Position numbers and translations under genes: made by a program
Assembly (NCBI GenBank): GCA_038882955.1
Contig: JAVZNC010000002.1
Location: 128,001 to 192,000, forward strand
Length of the DNA: 64,000 nt
Source of the DNA: Candidatus Bathyarchaeia archaeon
GTDB taxonomy: Archaea; Thermoproteota; Bathyarchaeia; Bathyarchaeales; Bathycorpusculaceae
Direction of reading: 5' to 3'
Shown: positions 38,488 to 49,169 of the stretch, piece by piece
Layout: every line of letters begins with the position of its first letter
How positions within the stretch are numbered: position 1 is the stretch's first letter
The notes under the pieces: model-generated
What the model was told of the DNA's origin: nothing
The model's database searches: none
What the model saw: the letters and a program-made list of their open reading frames with translations, nothing else

Positions 38488-38587
38488 TGCGCATGCGCCT
38501 CAATGTTTTATGGTTGCGGGCAAGTATTTAAGGACAAACATAAAATAGTGGAGTGTCATAAAATTTTAGGCATAGAAGGAAGTTGGA

Positions 38588-38836
38588 ATGGGACGTAGAA
38601 GAAGAAAAGTCGTTCGCATTCCTAAGAAGCGTTTGCCTAGGTTCTTCTCTTGCCCTAGATGTGGAAAGGAAACTGTTAGGGTTGAAATATTGCGTGAAGA
38701 AGGCCGCGCTGTAGTGGGCTGTAGCAATTGTGGCTTGAAAGAAGAGTTCCAAGTAAAACCTGCACAAGCGGAAGTGGACGTCTACTGCATGTTCACTGAC
38801 AAAATCTACTCTGGCGCCAGAAGCGCAACGGCATGA
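38588..38836 (+). CDS. elf1: Transcription elongation factor Elf1
   Basis: MGRRRRK, FSCPRC, CSNC and VDVY motifs. Confidence 0.92.
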   Translation: MGRRRRKVVRIPKKRLPRFFSCPRCGKETVRVEILREEGRAVVGCSNCGLKEEFQVKPAQAEVDVYCMFTDKIYSGARSATA

Positions 38837-39615
38837 AACCCAGTATGACGGAGGTTGATGTTATGGTAGGGCCTATCGAGAAATATTTGCTTGAAAAAAT
38901 CGAGTCAGAAGGCGCAATTCACCTAACGCTTATAGACCCCGAAAAAGTTACAGCCTCGCAAGCAGCTAGGGCTGCATACAAAGCCAAGCTTAGCGGAACC
39001 GCAGGAATAATGGTTGGCGGATCAACACTGTCATCGAGTAACCACCTTGACAGCGTTTTAAAGGCTATTAAGCGCGCCGTTGATGTGCCGGTAATCTTGT
39101 TTCCTGGCAATGTGAATGGGATAAGTCGTCATGCAGATGCAATATGGTTTATGTCGCTTTTAAATTCAACAGACCCATACTTTATTGTAGGGGCTCAAAT
39201 TTTAGGGGCGCCCCTTGTTAAGAAGTACCGCTTAGAGCCTATACCTATGGGTTATATAATAGTCGGAGAGGGGGGAACAGCAGGTATAGTTGGTAAGGCT
39301 ATTCCAGTTCCATATGATAAACCTGAAGTTGCTGTTGCACATGCCTTGGCGGGACAGTATTTGGGCATGCGCTTCATTTATTTAGAGGCGGGGTCTGGCG
39401 CGAAAAGGCCCGTTCCTTCTGATATGATACGCGCTGTTAAAAGGTATATCAATGTTCCGCTAATAGTTGGTGGTGGCATAAGGTCAAGGGAGCAAGCTTT
39501 GACGGCAGCGTCTGCTGGCGCTGATGTTATAGTTACTGGTAACATCGTTGAGAGGGCTGACCTTAAGCATAGAGTTTCCGAGATTATTGAGGGTATAAGA
39601 CGCTTTAGGTTGTGA
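38833..39615 (+). CDS. Geranylgeranylglyceryl phosphate synthase
   Basis: [22 protein letters not shown] and VGGGI motifs. Confidence 0.93.
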   Translation: MKPSMTEVDVMVGPIEKYLLEKIESEGAIHLTLIDPEKVTASQAARAAYKAKLSGTAGIMVGGSTLSSSNHLDSVLKAIKRAVDVPVILFPGNVNGISRHADAIWFMSLLNSTDPYFIVGAQILGAPLVKKYRLEPIPMGYIIVGEGGTAGIVGKAIPVPYDKPEVAVAHALAGQYLGMRFIYLEAGSGAKRPVPSDMIRAVKRYINVPLIVGGGIRSREQALTAASAGADVIVTGNIVERADLKHRVSEIIEGIRRFRL

Positions 39616-39935
39616 GCAAAGCCTTGACTGCCTTTGAAAATTACTTTAAAGCCCTAAAGAAAGTTTTAGGAGATGAAGGAGCATACTCTGTTTGGCCAGA
39701 TTTTGAACCGCAGTACGATGAGCATGAGTACGCTTGGACCGCAATCAGAGGACTAGGCGAGGTTTTACTGCTAAATTGTGGGGCATGCGATGGGCCATCT
39801 GATCCTAGGCATAAAAGTTGCGAGGAATGCGTCGAAAAGAGAAGTAAAATTGCGAAGGAAGCATATCAAAAAGCAACGGGACATAGAAAAGATAAATGGG
39901 CTGCACTCTTTTTGTGTAGAATTCATACGGGATAA
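39612..39935 (+). CDS. Cys-rich hypothetical protein
   Basis: GTGA overlap with the upstream gene; CGAC...CEEC. Confidence 0.65.
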   Translation: MSKALTAFENYFKALKKVLGDEGAYSVWPDFEPQYDEHEYAWTAIRGLGEVLLLNCGACDGPSDPRHKSCEECVEKRSKIAKEAYQKATGHRKDKWAALFLCRIHTG

Positions 39936-40018
39936 ATGGTATTTGCTTTTGTTTCTTTTGACGTGAACTTGTTGTAAAAGCAAAAATAGCTTCCAAAACG
40001 TATTGTGAAGCTTGTGAG

Positions 40019-43000
40019 TTGCAATTGAACAGTCAAATGAGCGAAGCCTATCATCGATACGTTCAAAGCCTTGAAAACGAATTTTGGCGGCTGTATAACA
40101 TAAGCGAAAGGACGCGAGAAAAGGGGTTAGACCCGGCGCTTAAGCCGGAATGCAAAGTTGCACGGGATCTAGCTGATCTTGTGGAGGGGCTAGTTGGACC
40201 GAAGGGCGTTGCCGAAAGCATCAGAAAACTAAGCGAAAAACTTCCAAGGGAAGAACTGGCCTTCAAAATCGCAGAGGAAATAGTTTATGGCAAATTTGGG
40301 CATATGGAAGCCGAAGCGGCGGCAGACCAAGCCATAAGGACGGCCCTTGCAATATTAACGGAGGGGCTTACCGCCGCGCCGCTTCAAGGAGTAGCAAAAG
40401 TGAAAATTAAGACAAATTTTGACAGAACACGTTATTTAGCGATATACTTTGCTGGTCCAATTAGGTCTGCTGGCGGAACAGACCAAGCTTTAACATTAAT
40501 TATCGGCGATTTTGTAAGACGTCTTCTCGGGCTTGATCGCTACAAGCCTCGAGAGGAGGAAATGCTTCGCTTTATTGAGGAGATGCGTCTTTACGAGCGC
40601 TCTGTTGGGCGCTTCCAGTATCACGTTTCCGACGAAGAATTGTTGAAGGCGCTTCAGTGGTTGCCCGTTGAGGTAACTGGCACGGAATCAAACCCATTTG
40701 AAGTTTCCACTTTTCGCAATCTTTCACGTATAGAAACCAACCGTGTTAGGGGTGGCGCCTTACGGGTTGTGAATGACGGCGTCGTTGGTAGGGCACCTAA
40801 AGTCTATGCGATTGTTGAGAAGCTAGGTATTCAAGGGTGGGATTGGCTAAAGGAATTCCGCAAAAAATCCGAGAATAAATCTTCTGGATTTATGGACGAC
40901 GTTATTGCTGGGCGGCCCATCTTTTGCTTTGCCTCAAGTCGTGGCGGCTTCCGTTTAAGATATGGGCGGGCACGCAACACTGGATTGGCTGCCGTAGGCG
41001 TCCACCCAGCGACAATGCTTATACTTAATGGTTTTCTTGCGGCAGGCACCCAAATGCGCCTCGAGCTTCCAGGGAAAGGCGGCATCGCGGTTCCTGTCGA
41101 TTTTTTGGAGCCTCCAGTAGTGCTTTTGAAGGATGGCTCTGTTGTCCGTGTAACTTTGGAAAATGTTAACGCAGTGAAGGACCAAGTCTCCAAGGTTCTG
41201 TTTCTTGGGGACATCCTGATCAGTTTTGGAGATTTTCTGTACAATAGTAAGGCGCTTTTGCCTTCGGGGTATGTTGAGGAGTGGTGGGTTGAAGATCTGA
41301 GGCGGGCGATTGCAGAAAGGTTTAATGGGGACGTACGCAAGGCTTCTGAGGCTGTTTGTATCCCCGTCGATAGGCTTAACGCGTTTTTGAAGGACCCTTT
41401 TGTTAACAAACCTACAATAAAGGAGACGGTTGACGCTTCATTGGTATTGCATGTACCTCTTCATCCAGCGTTTACGTTTTTCTGGTCTAATCTTGCTTCG
41501 GCTGAAGATGTTAAGATGCTTAGGGCGTGGCTTGTCAATTCAAGGGTGAAGTATGAGAATGGTTTAATTAAAGAAATTGTTGGTGATGATGATCCGAACG
41601 TTAAGCGTGCTTTAGAAGCGATTTATCTGCCCCATAAAGTCCTTGGCGACAAGATTGTTATTGAGGGTGAGGATGCACATGCTTTTGCTGTTTGTTTGCG
41701 CTACGGTTCGACGGAGAATGTGAACCTGCCATCTGACAAGCCAATTACCAAAGTGGTTAGTGCGCTTTCTGGGATTGAAATAAGGGATAAGTCTCCCACT
41801 TTTGTTGGCGCGAGGATGGGGCGTCCAGAAAAGGCAAAAAGGCGAGAGATGAAACCGCTTGTTCATGTTCTGTTTCCAGTTGGTCTGGGGGGCGGTTCTC
41901 AAAGAGACATTGTTGAGGCGGCAAGAAGGGAGCCTTACTCTGTGGATGTTGTTAAACGCAAGTGTCCATCATGCAACTCTTTTACATTTAGGATAAAGTG
42001 CCCTAGTTGTGGGGCAGAAACACTCCTGGAGAGAATCTGTCCGAAATGCAGCAGAAATCTGAAAGAAAACGAGTGTCCGGTCTGTAAAGTACCAGCTAAA
42101 ACTTACCAAAGACAAATTTTTAACTTTAAGGAAATGCTTGAAAAAGCCTGTGTCAGTCTTGGAGTTTCCGTTCCTAAGGTTTTGAAAGGCGTAAAAGGCT
42201 TAACAAATGAAACGAAGACTCCGGAAATTTTAGAGAAAGGTGTTCTTCGTGCAAAGTATGATTTGTCCGTTTACAAGGATGGGACAATACGCTTTGACGC
42301 CACAAACGCGCCTTTGACGCATTTTAAACCCTCTGAAATTGGCGTGTCCCACGAAAAGCTTAGGCAAATGGGCTATACGCATGACATTTTTGGAGCGCCG
42401 CTAACTAGCGACGACCAAGTATGCGAGTTGAAAGTACAGGATGTTATTATCCCGTTAAAGTGTGGTGAATACTTTGTTCGGGTTGCAAACTTTATCGATG
42501 AACTTTTGATCAAGGTTTACGGGCTTGCTCCATACTACAACATAAAGCGCATGGAAGAGCTTGTGGGGCATCTTGTTGTCGGTTTAGCTCCTCACACGTC
42601 GGTTGGAATTTTGGGGCGCATTATCGGCTTTACAACCCTAAATGTCTGTTACGCGCATCCAATATGGCATTCTGCAAAACGTAGGGACTGCGACGGCGAC
42701 GAAGACGCCTTAATGCTTGCGCTGGATACTCTAATCAACTTTTCCCGAGAATACTTGCCATCACAGATAGGTGGAATTATGGATGCCCCGCTGCTTCTAA
42801 TTCCTGTTGTTAATACGGCTGAAGTTCAGAGGCAAGCCCATGACTTTGATGTTGCAAGCGAATATCCCTTAGAATTTTATGAGAAAACTTGGAACGGAAC
42901 CGAGCCCAAACAGGTAAGCAGCATCATAGACCTTGTTGGGCATAGGCTTGGAACAGGGGCGCAGTTCGAAGGTTTCAAATTTACAATTCCAGTTTCAAAT

Positions 43001-43441
43001 ATAAACTATGGAAACCCTGAAAGCGCTTACAAACGGCTTAAGACCATGGTTGATAAGTTAAACAGCCAGCTTGAACTAGCCGAGAAAATTGAAGCAGTAA
43101 ACGCCAGAAAAGTAGCTTTGAAAGTGTTAACAAAACATTTTATGCGTGATATCGCTGGGAATATGCGCGCATTCTCCGCGCAAGGCGTTAGATGCAAATC
43201 ATGCAACAAACGCTATCGCCGAATCCCACTCCGCGGCGTCTGTACCCATTGTGGAGGGCAATTGACCCTAACTGTTTACCGCGGCGGCATCGAAAAATAC
43301 TTCGAGGCTGCACAAAACTTGGTTGAAAAATACAGACTGCCACAGTACTACGCTCAGAGAATCCGACTCGTTAAAGAGGAAATTGCCTCTTTGTTCGAGA
43401 GCAAAAAACCGCGGCAAATCAGTTTGACGGACTTTTCTTAA
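40019..43441 (+). CDS. polC: DNA polymerase D large subunit DP2 (no intein)
   Basis: AGPIRSAGGT, GFRLRYGR, RMGRPEK and catalytic KRRDCDGDED motifs; zinc fingers. Confidence 0.98.
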   Translation: MQLNSQMSEAYHRYVQSLENEFWRLYNISERTREKGLDPALKPECKVARDLADLVEGLVGPKGVAESIRKLSEKLPREELAFKIAEEIVYGKFGHMEAEAAADQAIRTALAILTEGLTAAPLQGVAKVKIKTNFDRTRYLAIYFAGPIRSAGGTDQALTLIIGDFVRRLLGLDRYKPREEEMLRFIEEMRLYERSVGRFQYHVSDEELLKALQWLPVEVTGTESNPFEVSTFRNLSRIETNRVRGGALRVVNDGVVGRAPKVYAIVEKLGIQGWDWLKEFRKKSENKSSGFMDDVIAGRPIFCFASSRGGFRLRYGRARNTGLAAVGVHPATMLILNGFLAAGTQMRLELPGKGGIAVPVDFLEPPVVLLKDGSVVRVTLENVNAVKDQVSKVLFLGDILISFGDFLYNSKALLPSGYVEEWWVEDLRRAIAERFNGDVRKASEAVCIPVDRLNAFLKDPFVNKPTIKETVDASLVLHVPLHPAFTFFWSNLASAEDVKMLRAWLVNSRVKYENGLIKEIVGDDDPNVKRALEAIYLPHKVLGDKIVIEGEDAHAFAVCLRYGSTENVNLPSDKPITKVVSALSGIEIRDKSPTFVGARMGRPEKAKRREMKPLVHVLFPVGLGGGSQRDIVEAARREPYSVDVVKRKCPSCNSFTFRIKCPSCGAETLLERICPKCSRNLKENECPVCKVPAKTYQRQIFNFKEMLEKACVSLGVSVPKVLKGVKGLTNETKTPEILEKGVLRAKYDLSVYKDGTIRFDATNAPLTHFKPSEIGVSHEKLRQMGYTHDIFGAPLTSDDQVCELKVQDVIIPLKCGEYFVRVANFIDELLIKVYGLAPYYNIKRMEELVGHLVVGLAPHTSVGILGRIIGFTTLNVCYAHPIWHSAKRRDCDGDEDALMLALDTLINFSREYLPSQIGGIMDAPLLLIPVVNTAEVQRQAHDFDVASEYPLEFYEKTWNGTEPKQVSSIIDLVGHRLGTGAQFEGFKFTIPVSNINYGNPESAYKRLKTMVDKLNSQLELAEKIEAVNARKVALKVLTKHFMRDIAGNMRAFSAQGVRCKSCNKRYRRIPLRGVCTHCGGQLTLTVYRGGIEKYFEAAQNLVEKYRLPQYYAQRIRLVKEEIASLFESKKPRQISLTDFS

Positions 43442-43481
43442 GAAAGTTTTTCAAATCACACGCACATAATAATCTGGTAAC

Positions 43482-43745
43482 ATGTTAAAAGAACCCTACC
43501 ACCCAAAAGCATACTTAACAAGCGTCAAAAACATTAAACGTGGGCTTCTTGCAAGAACAAAAATACTGAACGTTTTAGATAAAGGTTCAGTTAAAGCAAA
43601 AACGCTTGCTGAACAAACAGAGATGCACTATAACGTTGTCGTGCACCATTTGAGGCTTTTAGAAACTGAGGGCATCGTGGAGCGTAAACGAAGCAAACCA
43701 AACGTTTGGACGCTTACTGGTCTAGGACAGAAACGCCTAATCTGA
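43482..43745 (+). CDS. ArsR-like winged-helix protein
   Basis: RTKIL..LAEQ..YNVVVHHLRLLETEGIV. Confidence 0.8.
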   Translation: MLKEPYHPKAYLTSVKNIKRGLLARTKILNVLDKGSVKAKTLAEQTEMHYNVVVHHLRLLETEGIVERKRSKPNVWTLTGLGQKRLI

Positions 43746-43754
43746 TCATAGTCT

Positions 43755-44042
43755 TTAAAAAGTACATTTACATGGCGCTTGTCCACACTTTGGACATTTA
43801 TTATTGTATTTAGTGAGGGCTGCTTTTTCAAGGTCTATGTTTGCAATGTTTGCAAGGGAAGCAAGCCATGCGATGACGTCTGCAAATTCACCTTCCATAG
43901 CCTTTATGTCATCGGTTTCCAATGCTTCACCTAACTCCTTAACCTCGTCCACAAGCCAATTAAATGTCTTTGTTAAGCCCCTTTCTGAATCCCTATGGAA
44001 ATATAGTTGCCGCATTAACTCCTGAAACTCATGTATGTGCAT
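43755..44042 (-). CDS. MazG-like nucleotide pyrophosphohydrolase
   Basis: EVKEL, EFADV and C-terminal CPKC..C motifs. Confidence 0.9.
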   Translation of the reverse strand: MHIHEFQELMRQLYFHRDSERGLTKTFNWLVDEVKELGEALETDDIKAMEGEFADVIAWLASLANIANIDLEKAALTKYNNKCPKCGQAPCKCTF

Positions 44043-44097
44043 GCATTTTCCCCTCGTTCCAGATCAGCCTTAAATTATTATACGTTTAAAGCTTTGA

Positions 44098-44520
44098 TTA
44101 TGGTAAGCTTTTCTGTCCCTTCGAGATTATGTGGAACACCTTGACGCCTTTCCTTTCAAGATGCGCTGAAATGAACCTTCTATGACAGTATTTTGGATTT
44201 GGTTCCATGCACATTATACACGTTTTCTTTTGAGAAGCTATCTCAAGCAATCTGCTAATTCCCTCCTTGAATAGTTTAGTCCGCATATACGTCTCATACC
44301 CGCCTCTCCTGTAGCCTCCGAGCTCTCGTCCTAACCAGACATACTCTATACCATTTTCTGCGAGCCATTTATCCATGTTTTCTCTTTTAAAATGCTCAAC
44401 CTTTGATGTTGGAAAGCGGCGAACATCCACCAGAACTTGAATTCCTTGATCCTTTAAAAGTTCGAGAAAAACGTTTATGGAACGATTGCTATGCCCAATA
44501 GTCCATACTGCTAGTTCCAA
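44098..44520 (-). CDS. DUF488 family protein
   Basis: TIGHS, DVRRFP, LGG, MCME and CHR motifs. Confidence 0.9.
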   Translation of the reverse strand: MELAVWTIGHSNRSINVFLELLKDQGIQVLVDVRRFPTSKVEHFKRENMDKWLAENGIEYVWLGRELGGYRRGGYETYMRTKLFKEGISRLLEIASQKKTCIMCMEPNPKYCHRRFISAHLERKGVKVFHIISKGQKSLP

Positions 44521-44581
44521 CGTTATCGCTTGCTTCTTAAACCTTTATCTAACATATCACAACTGTTTAATCCTTTACTCT

Positions 44582-45907
44582 TCAGCGAATTTTTATGTAC
44601 GCATACGCTTCTGTGCTGTTCTCGAAGCAATAATGAACCTTTTGATAATCTTTCCTAAACTCTGCCACATCCACTTTTACTTTTTCTGGATCTTCCCTGT
44701 CAATTACTACACGCTTTATGAACTCCGCTATCTCCGTCATTTCCGACTCGCGCATTCCAAGCCTTGTAACCTCTGACACACCAAGTCTTATTCCGCCTGG
44801 GTGTTGAAAGTGTCTTCCCTCTTTGATGTCCCATGGTAGCAGATTCCTATTAATAATTATGTTTGCCTTTTCAAGAGTTTCTTCAATTGTGCCTCCGTCG
44901 CCATGTTTTGTTACGTCTATTAGGATTACATGGGATTCCGTGAACCCTTTATGTTCTGCCAAAACGTTAAATCCTCTTTCATAAAGTGCTTGAGCCAATG
45001 CCTTGGCGTTTTTAACTATTTGACTTGTATACTCTCTTCCAAATTCTAGCATTTCTGCACATGCAATTGTTACGCCTGCAACTGCGTGTAAATGGTGGTT
45101 GCTCACCATCCCTGGAAATGTTGCACGTTTTATCTTGTCTGCGTATTTTTCCCAAGATAAAACTCCGCCATGTTGAGGTCCGAAAAATGTTTTGTGTGTA
45201 CTTAAGCTGACAACGTCTGCGCCTTCTCTTAAGGGGTCTTGGAATTGTCCTCCAGCAATTAGCCCCGCCACGTGTGCTGCGTCATAGCCAACTGTTCCGC
45301 CAACAGCCTTTATTGTGTCAGCTAACTCTTTTACTGGATGTGGGAATGGAAAAACGCTTGCGCCAAACATAACAAGTTTTAGTGATTTTCCCTCAACTGC
45401 AAGCTTCTCAATTCTGGTCTTTGCCTTGTCCACATCTATGTTCAACTCTTTATAGTCAAGCGGCAAATACTCAACGTTCAAACCGTGAACGGCACCTGCT
45501 GTTCCGCCAAGCTCCTTCTTCCCCATCGTAATGTGTCCGCCGCATGGTATTGACAACGCCATCATAGTGTCGCCTGGCTCCGTGAACGCCGTATAAACAA
45601 CCAGATTTGCGACAACCCCAGAAATTGGGCGAACATCGACAAACTCTGCCTTGAACAATTTTTTCATAAGCTCGATGCACTTGAATTCCACTTGGTCTAT
45701 GAAGTGGCATCCAGCGTAGACGCGTTCTCCGGGCCAGCCTTCAGCGTAGCGGTTTCCAAAGTCTGTTGTTAAGGCTTCTCTGACTGCTGGACTTGGAACG
45801 TTTTCGCTTGCTATTAGCGGAATGCTCTCTTGAAACCATTTATGATGCCTCTGTAGCAAGTCAAACACATAGTCATACTCTTTACGGTATGCCTCCATCA
45901 TTGACAC
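44582..45907 (-). CDS. glyA: Serine hydroxymethyltransferase
   Basis: LIASEN, YAEG, DAAHV and STHKTFFGP motifs. Confidence 0.97.
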   Translation of the reverse strand: MSMMEAYRKEYDYVFDLLQRHHKWFQESIPLIASENVPSPAVREALTTDFGNRYAEGWPGERVYAGCHFIDQVEFKCIELMKKLFKAEFVDVRPISGVVANLVVYTAFTEPGDTMMALSIPCGGHITMGKKELGGTAGAVHGLNVEYLPLDYKELNIDVDKAKTRIEKLAVEGKSLKLVMFGASVFPFPHPVKELADTIKAVGGTVGYDAAHVAGLIAGGQFQDPLREGADVVSLSTHKTFFGPQHGGVLSWEKYADKIKRATFPGMVSNHHLHAVAGVTIACAEMLEFGREYTSQIVKNAKALAQALYERGFNVLAEHKGFTESHVILIDVTKHGDGGTIEETLEKANIIINRNLLPWDIKEGRHFQHPGGIRLGVSEVTRLGMRESEMTEIAEFIKRVVIDREDPEKVKVDVAEFRKDYQKVHYCFENSTEAYAYIKIR

Positions 45908-46009
45908 CTTGCATCACAATATCAGCTATTCAGAAATAAAAACTCTTTTGAGATAGCATAACATTAATAATAGCGAATGTTGAAAATATCAAACTAAAGG
46001 GTTAGCGAT

Positions 46010-46177
46010 ATGAGCAAGAAAAAGAAAGAGCGGTCAGCACCAATGCCTGCAGCAAGTGCAGGACTACTGCGCTTTTTTGAAGAGGAAACCGAAGGCGTAA
46101 AAGTTAGGCCTGAGCTTCTTGTAGGCTTGGCAATAGCCCTAATCATAATCTGCGTCCTAGCACACGTCTTCTTCTAA
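46010..46177 (+). CDS. secG: Preprotein translocase Sec61-beta (55 aa; not in the ORF track)
   Basis: MSKKKKERSAPMPAASAGLLRFFEEETEGVKVRPE followed by a TM helix. Confidence 0.9.
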   Translation: MSKKKKERSAPMPAASAGLLRFFEEETEGVKVRPELLVGLAIALIIICVLAHVFF

Positions 46178-46187
46178 CATTTTAGCC

Positions 46188-46475
46188 CTAACGCCTTGAA
46201 GAAGCGTGTAAAACCTCTATTCTCTGAACAGAGTTTAAGTGAACAAATATTTCGCTTCTTTCTTCTCTGCCAGCAACTTGCGGTATGGGCTGGGCAATTG
46301 TTGAACGCAGTATTATGGCTTCGGCGTCTGAAAGCCATATGCCCGAAGGCTCGCGTGTAACAGCGGCAAGCACACCCTCAAAACCATAGGAGGGGTCTAG
46401 AATAACACGTATTTTTTTGCCCAAATTTTTTTCAAGCATATGAAATATTGTTGGCGGGATTTCCTGTTCTGGCAT
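46188..46475 (-). CDS. Divergent Sm/Lsm-like protein
   Basis: LEKNLGKKIRVIL...FEGVL...L.DA Sm1-like pattern; IFVHLNSV Sm2-like pattern. Confidence 0.6.
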   Translation of the reverse strand: MPEQEIPPTIFHMLEKNLGKKIRVILDPSYGFEGVLAAVTREPSGIWLSDAEAIILRSTIAQPIPQVAGREERSEIFVHLNSVQRIEVLHASSRR

Positions 46476-46700
46476 GTAGTTCGCAAAATGTTATAATAAT
46501 TACTTTGAAGATAAAACAGTTGCCCTTCACTTAATCATGGTTCTTTAAAGCTACACACACTTAAAATGTTTTAATGCGGTTTCTTCATTTTCCAGTTTTA
46601 TGTAAAATCGGCTGGCAGCTTCTTAACTGATTATTTAGGATGCTGTCTTAAATTTCCATTAATTTTTTAGCCGTGACTCGCGACATTTTAATATGTAAGT

Positions 46701-48554
46701 GTGTTTCTCATTGAAGATTTATTTGAGAGGGTGAGTGTGGCAAGCAACTCCCTTAGTGACTTCATGGACAGTGCTGTTAGACACTATTCCTCACTGTTTA
46801 AGCTTCCAACTTATGGCATGATGCTCCTTATTCTGGTTTTGTTATGCGTCGCCGCGGGGTCATTTTTTGGATTGCTTTTTTCTCCTTTCCCCAGTAACTT
46901 GTTATGGGGCTTGCTTCTGAGTGTTTTGTTGCTTTTTGTGACCACGATTTTGGACTATGCTAATAGTATGTTAATTTTGAGAGGCGACACCATCTATGAC
47001 ATAAGGAGAACAACAGCGTTATCCATATTCAGTTGGAGTGTTTGGCTTTTCTTCATCTTTCTCGGCAGCGTATTCTCTCTTCTTTTAGGCGAAATTTGGG
47101 GGGTCAAACTATGCCTTCTAGGTTTTTCTGCCGTAGTGATGTTTCGCTTAACCGTGCTTCTCTCGACATCACCTTCAAGCAGCAAAAAACTTTTCATGGC
47201 ATCGCTGATTAACCCACTCTCATGCTGCTTTCTGTTTATGGCGATGTGGGCGTCAACAGATGCTTCCATAGTGTTTCCCTTCATCACTTTCCTGGCTCCA
47301 GCAGTGGCGATAAGCATCGCTTCAAGTGTTCTCTTTACATACCTTATAAACCAAGTAGGAGTTAAGGTGATTGGATTCTCCGGATTATCGATTTTTAAGG
47401 CTTTTCTGCTCAATTGGATTACAAATTTGAACGAACCATTTGAGAAAATTTTGGAAGAACTTGGTGAAAACCGTGATGTCAAGGTCGACCTAATCGAATT
47501 CTGTTCTAAACAACCAAAAACTCTTGTTGTTGTGCCCTCTGTTCATCCTGGACCTTTCAAGAATGTAGGAAGCAGCCTCCTCCCTTCTATGATAAAAAAA
47601 TCTTTAGAAGAAACGCTTAAATGTACAGTTTGCGTTCCGCATGGCTTGCTTGGTCACGAGTTTGATTTAGCTTCTCAACTCCAAAATGAAAAAATGATAA
47701 GAAGCATTATCGAAAACGTGTGTTTTGATGCCTTTGAGGATAAGGCTTCTCCATTTATCAAAACTAGCGATGGCAAGGCGACTGCGTGTTGTCAAATTTT
47801 CGGGAAAACGGCTTTTATTGCCTTCACACTTGCGCCAAAAACGACAGAAGATTTTCCCCAAGAATTGGGTACGCTAGTATACCAAGAGGCCAAAAAACTA
47901 GGTTTAGACCATTGCATTATCGTTAATGCGCACAACAGCATTGACGGAACATTAAACATGGATGAAATGTTAGTTTCACTAAAAAATGTTGCTTCTTCTT
48001 GCCTTGAAAAGGCTGTTTCCTTAAAGCGTTTGCCCTTTGAAATTGGTGCTGCTACAATTTTTCCAAAGGAGTTTAGCCTTGGGGATGGTATGGGACAAGG
48101 GGGCATTACAGTTGTTACTGTTAAGGTTGGTAAGCAGAAGACCGCTTATGTGGTAATTGATGGCAATAACATGGTTTCTGGACTGCGAGAAAAAACACTT
48201 TCTGCTCTTCGTTTGATTGGCGTCGATGAGGGCGAAATTTTTACAACAGATACGCATTCTGTTAATGCCATTGTCTTGAACGAAAGAGGTTACCATCCAA
48301 TAGGTGAAGCAATAAATCACGAAAAACTAATCGCATACATAACAGAGGCAACAAAAAAGGCTCTGGACAACATGGAACGTGTTGCGGCTGCTTGTCGTAC
48401 AATAACTGTTTCCAACGTTAGAGTTATTGGAGAAAGCCTACTGACAAAATTGTGCCTTTTAATAGACACGGCTCTTAAAAGAGCAAAGGCCACAGTCATT
48501 CCAATCTTTGCAACCAGCGGATTAATTTTAATGTTAATTTTGGCGCTGGTTTAA
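46701..48554 (+). CDS. DUF2070 membrane protein
   Basis: N-terminal TM helices; HPGPF..VGSS, AHN, DGNN and TTDTH motifs. Confidence 0.88.
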   Translation: MFLIEDLFERVSVASNSLSDFMDSAVRHYSSLFKLPTYGMMLLILVLLCVAAGSFFGLLFSPFPSNLLWGLLLSVLLLFVTTILDYANSMLILRGDTIYDIRRTTALSIFSWSVWLFFIFLGSVFSLLLGEIWGVKLCLLGFSAVVMFRLTVLLSTSPSSSKKLFMASLINPLSCCFLFMAMWASTDASIVFPFITFLAPAVAISIASSVLFTYLINQVGVKVIGFSGLSIFKAFLLNWITNLNEPFEKILEELGENRDVKVDLIEFCSKQPKTLVVVPSVHPGPFKNVGSSLLPSMIKKSLEETLKCTVCVPHGLLGHEFDLASQLQNEKMIRSIIENVCFDAFEDKASPFIKTSDGKATACCQIFGKTAFIAFTLAPKTTEDFPQELGTLVYQEAKKLGLDHCIIVNAHNSIDGTLNMDEMLVSLKNVASSCLEKAVSLKRLPFEIGAATIFPKEFSLGDGMGQGGITVVTVKVGKQKTAYVVIDGNNMVSGLREKTLSALRLIGVDEGEIFTTDTHSVNAIVLNERGYHPIGEAINHEKLIAYITEATKKALDNMERVAAACRTITVSNVRVIGESLLTKLCLLIDTALKRAKATVIPIFATSGLILMLILALV

Positions 48555-48611
48555 GCTAACACTAATAAGAGTGAAGCAGTCCAATTTCATCTTCAATAGA
48601 AGGGGGAGGCG

Positions 48612-49169
48612 TTGCTCAAAGAAATACGTATTCACGGACGAGGTGGACAAGGGGGCGTTACTGCTGCAGAGTTATTGGCACACGCAGCTTTTATTGAAGG
48701 GAAATGGGTTCAAGCCTTTCCATATTTCGGCGCCGAGAGGCGCGGTGCCCCAGTTAAGGCATTTGCAAGAATAAGCGATGAGCCAATACTTGTCCACAGC
48801 CAAATCTACAACCCAGACTATGTAATCGTACTTGACCCAGCAATTTACAAGTTTGTAGACGTAACAGAAGGACTGAAAAAAGACGGAATAATATTAATGA
48901 ACACCACAAAAAAACCCGAAGAAGTAGAACTCAAGGGCTGGCGAATCGCAACGGTCGATGCGACTGGCATAGCACTGGAATTAAACCTTCTAGTTGCTGG
49001 ACTACCTGTTGTTAACTCCGCAATTGTAGGAGCCTTTGCAAAAGCAACCGGCGAGATTAAACTACAAAGTGCCTTAAAAGTTATTAGAGAAGTATGGCCT
49101 GGCGCCGCTGGCGAAAAGAACGCGCGAGCAGCAGAGCTTGCCTATAACCGCCTCATAAAAGGATGGTGA
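48612..49169 (+). CDS. 2-oxoacid:ferredoxin oxidoreductase gamma subunit
   Basis: HGRGGQG and FGAERRGAP motifs. Confidence 0.95.
   Translation: MLKEIRIHGRGGQGGVTAAELLAHAAFIEGKWVQAFPYFGAERRGAPVKAFARISDEPILVHSQIYNPDYVIVLDPAIYKFVDVTEGLKKDGIILMNTTKKPEEVELKGWRIATVDATGIALELNLLVAGLPVVNSAIVGAFAKATGEIKLQSALKVIREVWPGAAGEKNARAAELAYNRLIKGW

Noticed and set aside
40019-43441. Intein in PolD DP2 (or in Cdc6)
   Set aside because: The catalytic KRRDCDGDED and Walker A regions are uninterrupted and both proteins have normal lengths.
46609-46673. Hairpin GGCAGC/GCTGTC with outer CGGCT/AGCCG in a divergent intergenic region
   Set aside because: Relies on several G-U pairs and has no recognisable motif; too weak without a conservation test.
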